Made by a program: the position numbers and the translations under genes. A stretch of DNA of 64,000 bases from Deltaproteobacteria bacterium. GTDB taxonomy: Bacteria; UBA10199; DSSB01; JACPFA01. Under the pieces are notes generated by a model that was given only the letters and a program-made list of their open reading frames with translations, had not been told where the DNA came from and did no database searches. Location: assembly GCA_016183235.1 (NCBI GenBank), contig JACPFA010000026.1, positions 33,284-97,283 of the forward strand, read 5' to 3'. Shown in pieces: positions 51,407 to 62,870 of this stretch (the stretch's first letter is position 1; the number at the start of each line of letters is the position of its first letter).

Positions 51407-53998
51407 CTAAAACCCAAATTGCACCATCGTAATGCCTTGGGCCCCTTTTGCGGCTACAAAATTTTCATATTTCCCCAAAATAGCGGCGCCTAGAATTTCT
51501 TTGCCACTTTTAAATTGGGCAACCCGCGAAGGGCTTTTGGGGTTTGAAATATTATAAACCGCCAACCCCTCAACCCCGGTGGGAACAAAAAGAAAATTGG
51601 CATCTGGCGTAAGGGCTAGGGGTAGAACCTTCCATTCAGGGCCCGCTCGGTAGGCCGGCACACCACTCACGGTGCCCACTTCGATCATTTTATAGCCATC
51701 TTGTACCGAATAGAGTTTAATCAAAATTTCTTGGGTGGTCGGTCGCAAAAAGGCCCCCACTAACAAGTTGCCGTCGGCCGATAACCAAACACCCTTGGCG
51801 ATAAAATCGGCCAACACCAATCGCACCCTCGATTTGGGTCTGCCCTGCAATAAATCGACACAAGTGATCCCCTCGGCCCCGGTTGCCACATAGGCATAGG
51901 CACCACTCGGGGCCAAAACAACATCGTAGGCCTCAGTTAGAGGATAGGTCATGGTCATCGGGGTGCTGCTGGGCACTAACTCCGGAGTTTTAGTCGTTGA
52001 TGGGGGTTCTTTTTTCACAACGGGTTTTTCAACTTTTGTTGGTCCCGGCGGCCAAGGTTTCACGACTAAAGCCCCGCCGGGATTAGAGGGCATGGCGCTG
52101 ATGGCCAAATAATTTTTGCCAGCGATTTGAACCGCGTCAAACCCGGTAGGATTGAGCCCCGTATTGTCCCACGTAAAAATTTCTGTTTTCACCTTGGCCT
52201 TGACACTATCGGCATCAAAGAGCCAAAGTTTGAGCCCCGTGGGCTGCACATCGGCCAACAACCCCCAAAAATGCTGCTGCGTCATTTTTTTTGCAGGAAA
52301 CATTTGACGCGCAAAGGGCACGGGAAGATTCTCCACCACTTTAAGGTCAGGGATGGCTATTAAATTGAGAGCGCCCCCAACATTGTCGCCCACCAAAAGT
52401 AGTTTTTCATTCAAGCCCATCACCCAGCTAGCGTTTGCCAAACCTGGGATCATGAGCTTTTGCGCCACTTGGTAGTTTTTGCCATCGGCCTTAGGGGCAA
52501 AGCTAAGCACCTTTAACCCACCCCCATCCGCCACCACGGTAACGGGTTCAGCTTTAATCTTTCCGGTTTCTAAATCACTTAATTTTGTAAAACCAATGCC
52601 TTCTATCCCCTGCAAGGCAATTTCGGCACGGGTATTGAGATCAACTAAACGAAGACTGACTTGATTTTGATGACGCACCACCACCAACCCTTTGTTGGCA
52701 CCGGGAATAAGATGAAAGGCCTCCACTGGGGGATTGTCTTTGAGTAAAATCCTGCCCTCATCGCGTAGTTTCCCCGCTTCTTCAATGGCAAATAAGCGAA
52801 CCCCATAATCTTGCCGCCCCTGCCCGGTTCGATCCGTTCCCACCGTAACAATCAAAAAAACCTTGGGTTTGCCACTCACGTTGAGCTCGACCGTTTCCAT
52901 ATGAGTAATCGAACCACCCGAAGACAGCGAGGCCAGTAACAACGAATGATTAAAATCAAACAGATGAATGTTAGTTTCATCAGCCAAATAAAGATAGCGA
53001 TCATATTGCGACAAATGCACGGCTTGCGTTGACGCGCTGGGCATTTCTTTGCTTAACTTTGGAATTTTAGGGTCTTCTAAATCCCATAGTTTAACCCCTT
53101 GTGGGTCTAAGGTGTAGGCATAGGGTTTCCCCAATAAATAGAAAGAATGAAATTCATAAACCTCAGCCGGAAGCGCTTCTAGAGCTTGTTTCACGAGGAT
53201 GTTATTCGCCGCTAACTGAACAAATTCCCATTTACCCTGCACCGATTGCACATAGGCAAAAAATTGTTGGTGAGTATCGCGTAGCCCATAAATCTTTTTA
53301 ATAAAATCATCGCTAAGGCTTGAGGCCATTTTTGCAAAATTCGCGTCATAAAGTTGCAGTTCATTACCTTGCCCTACTAAATAGTTTTCTCCTAAATGGG
53401 CAACTGCATCAATGCTGCCACCCAGCGCCCCCTTTTCTTCTAATTTAGTGGCAAAAACTTGTAACTTAAGATCGGCACTGCTTTCATTGGCTCCATCCGA
53501 AACGGTCAAACGTAAAACGAAGGTTGTATCTTGAGTAAGCTCGCCCACCGTAAGCGTAGGGGTGAGGCTATTGCGCGGTTCAATCTTGATTGCCTCCCCT
53601 GGCCCAACTACTAATTCCCAAAAATAATTGAGGGCCTTACCCGTGCTCGATTGAACCGACACCCCCTCCAACGTTAAACGCACGCCTTCTGCCAAGGCCT
53701 TTTCAGGAGGCAAGGTTATTTTAATAAAAGGCGATGCTTGGGTGGCGGTTAAGGGTTGAGTTTCGGTAGGGGTTGATTCAGGGGTTAGGCCAAAAAGATC
53801 GGCCTTTTGAGTTTCTGAAAAAAGCCCGCTGGGTTTTGACTCAGCGAGATTTCTTTTGGGAGGGAGATTGGGTTTAGTGATTTGCGTTTTGGATGGCCTT
53901 GGTTTTTTATCAAAAAATTTCTTTTTGACCGTGTACCCACCCACGGCGGCTACGATGATCAAAATCGCTACCAAAAGAAGTGTTTTTTTGGACCGCAT
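51407..53998 (-). CDS. membrane-anchored protein with a PKD-like Ig domain and LVIVD-type beta-propeller repeats
   Basis: 863 aa with an N-terminal TM (LLLVAILIIVAAVGGY), a Pro/Thr linker and an Ig-like segment (YFWELVVGPGE...FVLRLTVSDGANES). Repeated units include GVKLWDLEDPKIPKL and GLAVYNISNPKSPSRV. Confidence 0.55.
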   Translation of the reverse strand: MRSKKTLLLVAILIIVAAVGGYTVKKKFFDKKPRPSKTQITKPNLPPKRNLAESKPSGLFSETQKADLFGLTPESTPTETQPLTATQASPFIKITLPPEKALAEGVRLTLEGVSVQSSTGKALNYFWELVVGPGEAIKIEPRNSLTPTLTVGELTQDTTFVLRLTVSDGANESSADLKLQVFATKLEEKGALGGSIDAVAHLGENYLVGQGNELQLYDANFAKMASSLSDDFIKKIYGLRDTHQQFFAYVQSVQGKWEFVQLAANNILVKQALEALPAEVYEFHSFYLLGKPYAYTLDPQGVKLWDLEDPKIPKLSKEMPSASTQAVHLSQYDRYLYLADETNIHLFDFNHSLLLASLSSGGSITHMETVELNVSGKPKVFLIVTVGTDRTGQGRQDYGVRLFAIEEAGKLRDEGRILLKDNPPVEAFHLIPGANKGLVVVRHQNQVSLRLVDLNTRAEIALQGIEGIGFTKLSDLETGKIKAEPVTVVADGGGLKVLSFAPKADGKNYQVAQKLMIPGLANASWVMGLNEKLLLVGDNVGGALNLIAIPDLKVVENLPVPFARQMFPAKKMTQQHFWGLLADVQPTGLKLWLFDADSVKAKVKTEIFTWDNTGLNPTGFDAVQIAGKNYLAISAMPSNPGGALVVKPWPPGPTKVEKPVVKKEPPSTTKTPELVPSSTPMTMTYPLTEAYDVVLAPSGAYAYVATGAEGITCVDLLQGRPKSRVRLVLADFIAKGVWLSADGNLLVGAFLRPTTQEILIKLYSVQDGYKMIEVGTVSGVPAYRAGPEWKVLPLALTPDANFLFVPTGVEGLAVYNISNPKSPSRVAQFKSGKEILGAAILGKYENFVAAKGAQGITMVQFGF

Positions 53999-54041
53999 AG
54001 GCGTTGGATTAAAACATGCCTGTTAAAATAAGAAAAGAGAA

Positions 54042-54473
54042 TTACTTACTAGTGCAGTAATCCCTCAGTCTTAGGGGCTTAGCTTTCAGAAACCCTTTGT
54101 GCGAGAGCGACGAGTCATGAGCGCTTAAAAAACATATGGTTTGTAGAAGCCTGTCCTGAGCCTTAGCGAAGGATCTCCTACGAACAAGGAGATCCCTCGT
54201 AAAACCTCGGGACAAGCTTCTAAACAAACCAAGAGTGCAAGCATCGGCTAAAATTTTAATTTGATCTTCTGCCACCTCTAAAACCCCACCCTCAACATCA
54301 AACTGCGTCATAGTTGAACCTTGACGCAAGGTCAAAACCCCTACACCCAAGCCTGACACCATGGTGGTATGGCCCGGCAATATCTCAAATTCGCCCAGTA
54401 ACCCCGGCGCTACGATGCTATCGTAATCACCTGATAAGATTTTTGCCCCGGGGGTTACAAATTCTATGTGCAT
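54042..54473 (-). CDS. atpC: ATP synthase F1 epsilon subunit whose C-terminal domain is replaced by repeat-derived sequence
   Basis: The start is ATG 54473 (MHIEFVTPGAKIL...). Residues 1-78 form a normal epsilon beta-sandwich (...VLEVAEDQIKILADA). Residues ~80-143 are read through a C-type repeat (54146-54220) and unrelated sequence. Confidence 0.8.
   Translation of the reverse strand: MHIEFVTPGAKILSGDYDSIVAPGLLGEFEILPGHTTMVSGLGVGVLTLRQGSTMTQFDVEGGVLEVAEDQIKILADACTLGLFRSLSRGFTRDLLVRRRSFAKAQDRLLQTICFLSAHDSSLSHKGFLKAKPLRLRDYCTSK
54146..54220. repeat. C-type palindromic repeat module inside the atpC ORF
   Basis: gaagcctgtcctgagccttagcgaaggatctcctacgaacaaggagatccctcgtaaaacctcgggacaagcttc. A close copy lies at ~28985-29058, and related pieces at 4570-4620 and 62725-62785. 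Confidence 0.85.
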
Positions 54474-54489
54474 AATAAATTCTTCCATG

Positions 54490-54532
54490 CGAGATTGCCA
54501 CGCTCGCCGACGAGGCTCGCTCGCAATGACAA
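54490..54532. repeat. A-type repeat half-element (short-apex variant) between atpD and atpC
   Basis: gagattgccacgctcgccgacgaggctcgctcgcaatgacaat. Confidence 0.8.
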
Positions 54533-54534
54533 TA

Positions 54535-56869
<2,335 letters not shown>

Positions 56870-56902
56870 ATTTTTATCTTACCTTTAACGACTCTATATT
56901 GT

Positions 56903-57028
56903 GGAGGCCTCGAAAAAGGGCCCAGATGCAAGGTGCCTGCAAAATCGCGCCCGGGGCGTATGTGCAAATACGTGAGGATCGCGATTTTGCAGGCAACGCC
57001 GCAGATGGGTCGTTTTTAGAGGCCTCCT
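56903..57028. repeat. D-type structured palindromic element, copy 2 (between atpA and atpG)
   Basis: Termini GGAGGCCTCGAAAAA / TTTTTAGAGGCCTCC and a perfect 15-bp internal stem (56935-56949 with 56980-56994). It is homologous to 17967-18119 and ends 2 nt from the atpA stop. Confidence 0.85.
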
Positions 57029-57029
57029 T

Positions 57030-58538
57030 TTACGCTACAAAGTGTTGTTTAAATTGCTCTAGCGCCTGATTGAGTCTTTGTTTAATTTCTGCCGTTAATT
57101 CTTTTTTGCTGCGCAGGTCATTCAATAAACCGTTGTGTTTGCTTTCCATATAAAGGGGCAATTCTTCCAAATATTTTTGAATCTTTGCCGTAGGATAAGC
57201 ATCTAAATAGCCATTGGTTGCGGCATAGATTTGAATGACTTGCAGCTCCACGGGCATGGGTTCGTATTGCCCTTGCTTTAACACCTCCACTAGGCGTTCC
57301 CCCCGGGCTAGCTGGGCCTGAGTGGCCGCATCCAAATCGCTCCCAAATTGGGCAAAGGCCGCCAACTCACGAAATTGGGCTAATTCTAACCGCAAAGTTC
57401 CCGCTACTTGTTTCATCATTTTCACTTGGGCATTCCCTCCCACCCGTGAAACTGAGAGCCCCACGTTAACCGCAGGCCGCACCCCTGAATAAAATAAGTC
57501 GGTTTCTAAATAAATTTGGCCATCCGTAATAGAAATTACGTTGGTAGGGATATAAGCCGAAACGTCCCCCGCTTGGGTTTCAATGATGGGCAACGCGGTT
57601 AAAGACCCGCCACCTCGCGCGCTACTTAGTTTTGCGGCCCGTTCCAAAAGACGGGAATGCAGATAAAAAACATCCCCAGGATAAGCCTCGCGCCCGGGCG
57701 GCCTACGGAGTAACAACGAAAGCTGGCGATAGGCCACCGCTTGTTTAGACAAATCATCATAAATGATAAGGGCGTGCTTGCCATTGTCTCGAAAATATTC
57801 GCCAATGGTGCAACCGGAATAAGGGGAAATAAATTGCAAAGGCGCCGGGGTAGAAGCCGCCGCCACCACAATGACCGTGTAATCCATGGCCCCATGTTTT
57901 TTAAGTTTTTCCACCACTTGGGCCACGGTAGATTGCTTCTGCCCAATGGCAACGTAAATACAATAACAGTCTTTGCCTTTTTGATTAATGATCGTATCCA
58001 AGGCCACCGCGGTTTTGCCGGTTTGACGGTCGCCAATGATCAACTCCCGTTGCCCACGCCCAATAGGGATCATGGCATCAATGGCTTTGAGCCCGGTTTG
58101 CAAAGGGATTTTAACCGGCTCTCGATCGACAATCCCGGGGGCTTTAATTTCAATGCGTCGAGAAAGTTTGGATTCAATCGGCCCTAAACCATCGAGCGGA
58201 TTCCCCAGTGCGTCAATGACGCGGCCTAATACCGCTTCGCCCACCGGGACTTCAGCAATTCTCCCCGTCCGTTTGACTTCATCCCCTTCTCTAATCTTAA
58301 CATCCTCGCCCATGATGGCCACGCCTACATTGTCTTCTTCTAAGTTGAGGGCCAAGCCATAAACCTCGCCCGGAAATTCTAACAACTCGCCCGCCATAAC
58401 CTTAGTCAACCCATACACCCGCGCAATCCCATCCCCCACCGAAAGAACCGTGCCTATTTCGGTCATTTCGACCAACTGCCCAAACCCAAGTATTTGTTTT
58501 TGAATAATCTCTGATATTTCATCTGGCCTGATTTGCAT
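57030..58538 (-). CDS. atpA: ATP synthase F1 alpha subunit
   Basis: 502 aa with Walker [10 protein letters not shown] and conserved alpha blocks ([21 protein letters not shown]). Confidence 0.97.
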   Translation of the reverse strand: MQIRPDEISEIIQKQILGFGQLVEMTEIGTVLSVGDGIARVYGLTKVMAGELLEFPGEVYGLALNLEEDNVGVAIMGEDVKIREGDEVKRTGRIAEVPVGEAVLGRVIDALGNPLDGLGPIESKLSRRIEIKAPGIVDREPVKIPLQTGLKAIDAMIPIGRGQRELIIGDRQTGKTAVALDTIINQKGKDCYCIYVAIGQKQSTVAQVVEKLKKHGAMDYTVIVVAAASTPAPLQFISPYSGCTIGEYFRDNGKHALIIYDDLSKQAVAYRQLSLLLRRPPGREAYPGDVFYLHSRLLERAAKLSSARGGGSLTALPIIETQAGDVSAYIPTNVISITDGQIYLETDLFYSGVRPAVNVGLSVSRVGGNAQVKMMKQVAGTLRLELAQFRELAAFAQFGSDLDAATQAQLARGERLVEVLKQGQYEPMPVELQVIQIYAATNGYLDAYPTAKIQKYLEELPLYMESKHNGLLNDLRSKKELTAEIKQRLNQALEQFKQHFVA

Positions 58539-58551
58539 GCGTTATTCTCCT

Positions 58552-59091
58552 CTAAAGCGCTACTTTTTCGACATTCGAACGTAGTTTGTTGAGCTGGGCT
58601 TTAAGGCTACCATCAAAAACTTGATCGCCAATTTTGATCATAATGCCCCCTAACAACGAAGCATCTTGCTCTTGTTTTAACAAAACTTTTTTCTTTAAAA
58701 TCTTTTCTAAGCGCAGGCCTAAATCACCCACCTGCGTTGCCATGGGCAAATGGACCATGGCCCGCACCCGCCCCAAATGCTCATCGGCCATGTTGCGATA
58801 TTCCCGCACCACCGAACTAAACACATAACTGCGTTTTCTTTCTAAAAGAATCCGCAATAAATTCCCCACCGCTCGGCTTAATCCCACCTGTTGAATGATC
58901 TTCTCTAAAACTTCTTTTTTCTCTCGAATCGAAATGGCCGGATTGCCTAACATGAGAGTTAGCGGGGCCTTGGGTAAGAAAGTCCCGTTCAAACTTTCTA
59001 ATTCGGCTAAAATTTCTTCTACTTGCGATGCGGTGATTGCAATCCTAAGCAGGGCCTTACCATAACGTTTGCCTAAAGAACCTTCGATCAT
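58552..59091 (-). CDS. atpH: ATP synthase F1 delta (OSCP) subunit
   Basis: 179 aa with an OSCP-like helical N-domain and GGIMIKIGDQVFDGSLKAQL near the C-terminus. It overlaps atpF by 4 nt. Confidence 0.9.
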   Translation of the reverse strand: MIEGSLGKRYGKALLRIAITASQVEEILAELESLNGTFLPKAPLTLMLGNPAISIREKKEVLEKIIQQVGLSRAVGNLLRILLERKRSYVFSSVVREYRNMADEHLGRVRAMVHLPMATQVGDLGLRLEKILKKKVLLKQEQDASLLGGIMIKIGDQVFDGSLKAQLNKLRSNVEKVAL

Positions 59092-60071
59092 GCCAATTTC
59101 TCCATCTTACCCAGGTATTCTTGCACTATACGGTTTTGATCTTCGGCTTGAATATTTTGGCGAATGTGCGTGCTTGCTAATTCAATGGCGATCTGGATAC
59201 CCTCTTCTTTGAGAACCTCTTTGGCCTTACGAACTTCTTGTTGAATCAGCTTGTGGCTCTCGGCTAACATGCGCTCTGATTGCATCTGCGCATCATTTAA
59301 GATTTTAGCCTTTTCCAATTCTCCCTCTTGGCGGATCGTTTCCACCAAACTTTTGATCTCGTCTTCAATACGCTTCAATTTTATTTCAACCGCTTGATAT
59401 TTTCCCAAGGCTTCGTCTCGTTTTTGCGCGGCGTCTTGTAGTTTATCTTTAAGTTGGGTTGCCCTTTCTCGAAAAAAATCTTTGACCGGCTTTTTAAGGA
59501 GAAAAAATAGTACGACTAAAAGTAAAGCAAAGTTGCCCAGGGCATACCATAGGGTGGTGGGGATGCCTTCGGTCGTATGGCCTTCAGCAGCCATAACGCT
59601 TGCGCTCGCCAACCAAAACAATAGGGTCACGGGCCAGAAATGAAAGGTCTTTTCTAAAAATTTTTGGGCAATGCTTTTTGATAAATCTTTAGCCAAACGG
59701 TGCAGCTCTACCCTGGCATGCTCGGTTTCGGTTTGAATAACTTTGCGCTGGTCCTGTAGTTGTTCATCGATTTTGCCACGCACTTGTTGAAATTTCTCCA
59801 TGGCTAAACGATTGGCCTCTCGCTTTAATTCTTCTTTAACCAAAACGCCTTTTAATTTAGCTGCATTGATTTTTTGAACATAGTCGGCGAACAATTTTTC
59901 AGTTTCACCATGCATGGCTTCAGCGGCCGCAACCCGTTCCACGGTGAGATTTTTACGCATGGCCAAGAGGGCTAAAACAGGCTTAAAGATTAAAAAATGA
60001 ACGATCAAGACCACCAAAAGAAAGATCCCAGACATTAAGATAAAACTGAGGTCCGGAACAAGATTTTCCAT
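59088..60071 (-). CDS. atpF: ATP synthase Fo subunit b'-b in-frame fusion
   Basis: One 327-aa ORF. Residues 1-141 are a complete b'-like subunit (TM plus coiled coil ending SIAQKFLEK). Residues ~148-327 are a complete b-like subunit (WPVTLLFWLASASVMA/AEGH..., a second TM, then a coiled coil). No stop codon lies between them. Confidence 0.8.
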   Translation of the reverse strand: MENLVPDLSFILMSGIFLLVVLIVHFLIFKPVLALLAMRKNLTVERVAAAEAMHGETEKLFADYVQKINAAKLKGVLVKEELKREANRLAMEKFQQVRGKIDEQLQDQRKVIQTETEHARVELHRLAKDLSKSIAQKFLEKTFHFWPVTLLFWLASASVMAAEGHTTEGIPTTLWYALGNFALLLVVLFFLLKKPVKDFFRERATQLKDKLQDAAQKRDEALGKYQAVEIKLKRIEDEIKSLVETIRQEGELEKAKILNDAQMQSERMLAESHKLIQQEVRKAKEVLKEEGIQIAIELASTHIRQNIQAEDQNRIVQEYLGKMEKLA

Positions 60072-60181
60072 TTAAATTTTCCCGCCTGGTTACAAGTGGT
60101 TAGGGCTTAAAGCTTAAGCCCGGTTTGTTTTGGCGGGGCTTGGGTAACACGACGCATCCACGCTGTCAAGATCAAGATGGG

Positions 60182-60631
60182 CTAAAATTCGCGGCGGGTA
60201 TAATCGGTAGGTGCAGGCGAGGTCAATTCAAAGACTTCGGCATTATTTTCGGGTGTAGGAGCGGCATAATGTTCAGGGGCTGTCTTCCCCATACTACAAT
60301 GACCTTCAAACAAGGCCCCCTCACCTACCACTAAGGCGGGCGACAAAATATCTCCATACACTTTGGCGTGTTCTAACATCTCAATTTTTTGCTTAGCCCT
60401 AATGCTCCCCAAAACCGTACCGGTAATAATTGCGGTGCCTACATCAATCGTAGCGCGTACCTCAGCGCCCTCTCCTATCACCAACACACCGTCTGAAAAA
60501 ATCTCCCCTTGAAATTTGCCATTGATTTGCACGGTGCCTTCAAAGGTTAATTTGCCTTCAAATTCTGCGTCACGCTCTAGCACGGTGGTAGATTCGGATT
60601 CTAACATTTTTAAGTTTCGTTCCCTAGCCAT
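60182..60631 (-). CDS. bactofilin
   Basis: 149 aa with the DUF583 beta-helix pattern (FEGKLTFEGTVQINGKFQGEIFSDGVLVIGEGAEVRATIDVGTAIITGTVLGSI...). Confidence 0.9.
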   Translation of the reverse strand: MARERNLKMLESESTTVLERDAEFEGKLTFEGTVQINGKFQGEIFSDGVLVIGEGAEVRATIDVGTAIITGTVLGSIRAKQKIEMLEHAKVYGDILSPALVVGEGALFEGHCSMGKTAPEHYAAPTPENNAEVFELTSPAPTDYTRREF

Positions 60632-60652
60632 GATCGGCCTCCTTATTATTCA

Positions 60653-60710
60653 TTTGTCATTGCGATCCACGTCATCCCGGGCCTGACCCGGGATCCACGA
60701 TGACGCAATC
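60653..60710. repeat. A-terminus plus GC-hairpin repeat unit
   Basis: tttgtcattgcgatccacgtcatcccgggcctgacccgggatccacgatgacgcaatc. Confidence 0.85.
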
Positions 60711-60722
60711 TTTATTCTTTTT

Positions 60723-61601
60723 TCATCCAATAACTGCGTTATAAATTCGATCTAAATCCTCATGCGTATAGTAATCAATCAACACCTTGCCTTTTTTCCC
60801 AGAAGGTTTGATTTTTACTTTAGTACCCAAAATCTTCATCATTTCATTTTCAATAAATTTTATTTGCGGATCTTCTATCTTGGCCACTGCAACTTTACGC
60901 AACTGCAGGCCGGTGCGCAGGTCTCGGATTAAGTTTTCTACTTCTCTAACGGATAATTGGTCTTTTATGATCTGATTTTTCACTTTAATCTTAAGCGCGT
61001 CATCGTCTAAGGCCAAAAGCGCTCGGGCATGCCCCATGCTTAAACGATTTTCAATAATGTCGCCTCGGATTTCTTCAGGCAATCCCAACAATCGTATGGC
61101 ATTGGCAATCGTCGATCGATCTTTGCCCACACGCTCGGCCAGTTGATCTTGCGTGTAATCATAACGTTCTAATAAATTTTTATAAGCCAAGGCTTCTTCA
61201 ATGGGATTTAAATCCTGCCGCTGAATATTCTCGATTAAGGCAATCTCCATCACCTCATCGTCTTCACAATCTAAAATGACAACCGGGACTTTATCGAGAT
61301 TGGCTAGCTTACTCGCCCTTAGCCTGCGCTCGCCCGCAACCAATTCGTATTTTCCACCTCCGGGCATTGCACGCACCAACAAGGGTTCAATGACACCCTT
61401 TTCACGGATGGAGAGAGCCAATTCTTCTAAACCTTTTTTCTCAAAAAGTTTGCGCGGCTGATCTTTGCTGGGAATAATATCATCAATCGGACATTCCAAA
61501 TATTTTGACACACCCTCTTCTGATATTTCTGGCGCACTTTTCGACAAAAGCATGCCGGGCAATAATGAAGCCAACCCTTTTCCTAATGCACGTTGATTCA
61601 C
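60723..61601 (-). CDS. parB: chromosome partitioning protein ParB
   Basis: 292 aa with the ParB box LVAGERRLRASKLA, an HTH region and a C-terminal dimerisation region. Confidence 0.93.
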   Translation of the reverse strand: MNQRALGKGLASLLPGMLLSKSAPEISEEGVSKYLECPIDDIIPSKDQPRKLFEKKGLEELALSIREKGVIEPLLVRAMPGGGKYELVAGERRLRASKLANLDKVPVVILDCEDDEVMEIALIENIQRQDLNPIEEALAYKNLLERYDYTQDQLAERVGKDRSTIANAIRLLGLPEEIRGDIIENRLSMGHARALLALDDDALKIKVKNQIIKDQLSVREVENLIRDLRTGLQLRKVAVAKIEDPQIKFIENEMMKILGTKVKIKPSGKKGKVLIDYYTHEDLDRIYNAVIG

Positions 61602-61653
61602 GCGAAAACCCTCCTTATAATTTAAATGATCATGCGCCTTTTATAAGGCTTGC

Positions 61654-62466
61654 TCATAATAAAACTTCGCCCTGAAACTGCCCCTCTTGAACTATATTTT
61701 GTACGTTTTTTATACCAACCAATTCTCGAGTCAAATCAAGATAACTTTGTGCCCCCTTAGAACGTACATCATAATTAATGATCGACTTACCATGTGATGG
61801 GCTCTCCCCCAACTTCACATTTCTTGGAATCACCGTTTGAAATACTTTTTCTCCAAAAAAATTGCGGATCTCTTCGGCCACTTGTCTGGCAAGATTATTT
61901 CTTGCGTCAAACATGGTTAAGATGATTCCACCAATTTGTAATTTTGGATTTAAATGGGTCTTTATTAATTCGATGGTGCGCGTCAATTCACTCAAACCTT
62001 CCAAGGCAAAATATTCACATTGCACAGGGATCAGCACTGCATCACAGGCCGTAAGCGCATTGACCGTCAACAAATTTAAGGAAGGAGGACAATCAATGAG
62101 AATAAAATCATAATCTTCTTCTAAATTTTTAAGAGCACTTTTTAATTTTGATTCTCGGGCAAACACCGACACCAACTCTAGCTCTGCCCCCACCAGCTGG
62201 GTGTTGGCGGGCAGCAGGTCTAAATATTCGAGATCGGTTGACACCACAGCCGCTTCCACCGCCACTTCATTAATCAACACTTCATAAATACTTTGCGTGA
62301 TTTCTTGTTTCACAAAACCCAAGCCGCTAGTGGAATTGCCTTGGGGATCTAAATCCACCAACAGAGTTTTGCGTTCGGCTGCCGCCAGGCAAGACGCCAC
62401 ATTGATGGCAGTGGTAGTTTTACCAACTCCGCCTTTTTGATTAGTGATGGCGAAAATTTTTGCCAT
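61654..62466 (-). CDS. parA: chromosome partitioning ATPase ParA/Soj
   Basis: 270 aa with the deviant Walker A NQKGGVGKTTTAINV and Walker B FILIDCPPS. Confidence 0.95.
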   Translation of the reverse strand: MAKIFAITNQKGGVGKTTTAINVASCLAAAERKTLLVDLDPQGNSTSGLGFVKQEITQSIYEVLINEVAVEAAVVSTDLEYLDLLPANTQLVGAELELVSVFARESKLKSALKNLEEDYDFILIDCPPSLNLLTVNALTACDAVLIPVQCEYFALEGLSELTRTIELIKTHLNPKLQIGGIILTMFDARNNLARQVAEEIRNFFGEKVFQTVIPRNVKLGESPSHGKSIINYDVRSKGAQSYLDLTRELVGIKNVQNIVQEGQFQGEVLL

Positions 62467-62581
62467 TTAATTTAAAATAAACCTATTTAATTGGATTTAC
62501 GTTGGATTGAGATACACACCTTTTATCGTAATCCAAAATTTTTAGCAACAAAAATATACATGTAATATAATGTATGTCATC

Positions 62582-62597
62582 GGTTGCACGTGAAACG
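62582..62597. promoter_or_regulatory. degenerate parS-like site
   Basis: GGTTGCACGTGAAACG matches the parS consensus TGTTTCACGTGAAACA at 13 of 16 positions. Confidence 0.35.
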
Positions 62598-62608
62598 CAA
62601 CTCGCTCA

Positions 62609-62825
62609 CCTAAAAAGTTTTACTGAAGTCGGCAGAGGCTTCCAGGGGTCCGTGTCGCCTGGGGGTTACGGCCCCCAGGCGCACTCAAAGTCTCAGCTTT
62701 CACGGCTATATAGCCATAGAGGTGAAAACTGGAGTTTACCCTGAGCACTTCGCCAAGACTCAGTGTAAACTCCGCGAAGGGACAAACCCCTTCCAGCCTC
62801 AGCCAACTTCAGTAAAACTTTTTAT
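62609..62825. repeat. F-type long hairpin element, copy 2
   Basis: Termini AAAAAGTTTTACTGAAGT / ACTTCAGTAAAACTTTTT. The interior holds several perfect small hairpins, e.g. GCCTGGGGG-ttacgg-CCCCCAGGC. It is followed by the 20-bp unit TTTATAT(T/C)TCTGCAAATATT x2 (62821-62860). Confidence 0.8.
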
Positions 62826-62870
62826 ATTTCTGCAAATATTTTTATATCTCTGCAAATATTTGTATGGATA

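Noticed and set aside
57626-58036. 136-148 aa ORFs overlapping atpA in other frames (57626..58036 minus, 57741..58187 plus), with similar shadow ORFs in atpD, the peptide-transporter genes and the TSP3 genes
   Set aside because: They lie wholly inside strongly supported conserved genes, have low-complexity or Arg/Pro/Gly-rich composition typical of off-frame translation, and have no RBS.
60082-60138. Hairpin GGGCTTAA-agc-TTAAGCCC nested in CCCGCC...GGCGGG between the bactofilin gene and atpF, as a terminator
   Set aside because: The T-rich tract follows the hairpin only on the plus strand, whereas both flanking genes are on the minus strand. It may be another small palindromic repeat, but I saw no second copy in the window.
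62467-62580. Chromosomal origin (oriC) in the AT-rich stretch next to parA and mnmG
   Set aside because: I could not find any cluster of DnaA boxes (TTATCCACA or close variants) or a recognisable DUE repeat pattern. AT-richness alone is insufficient.
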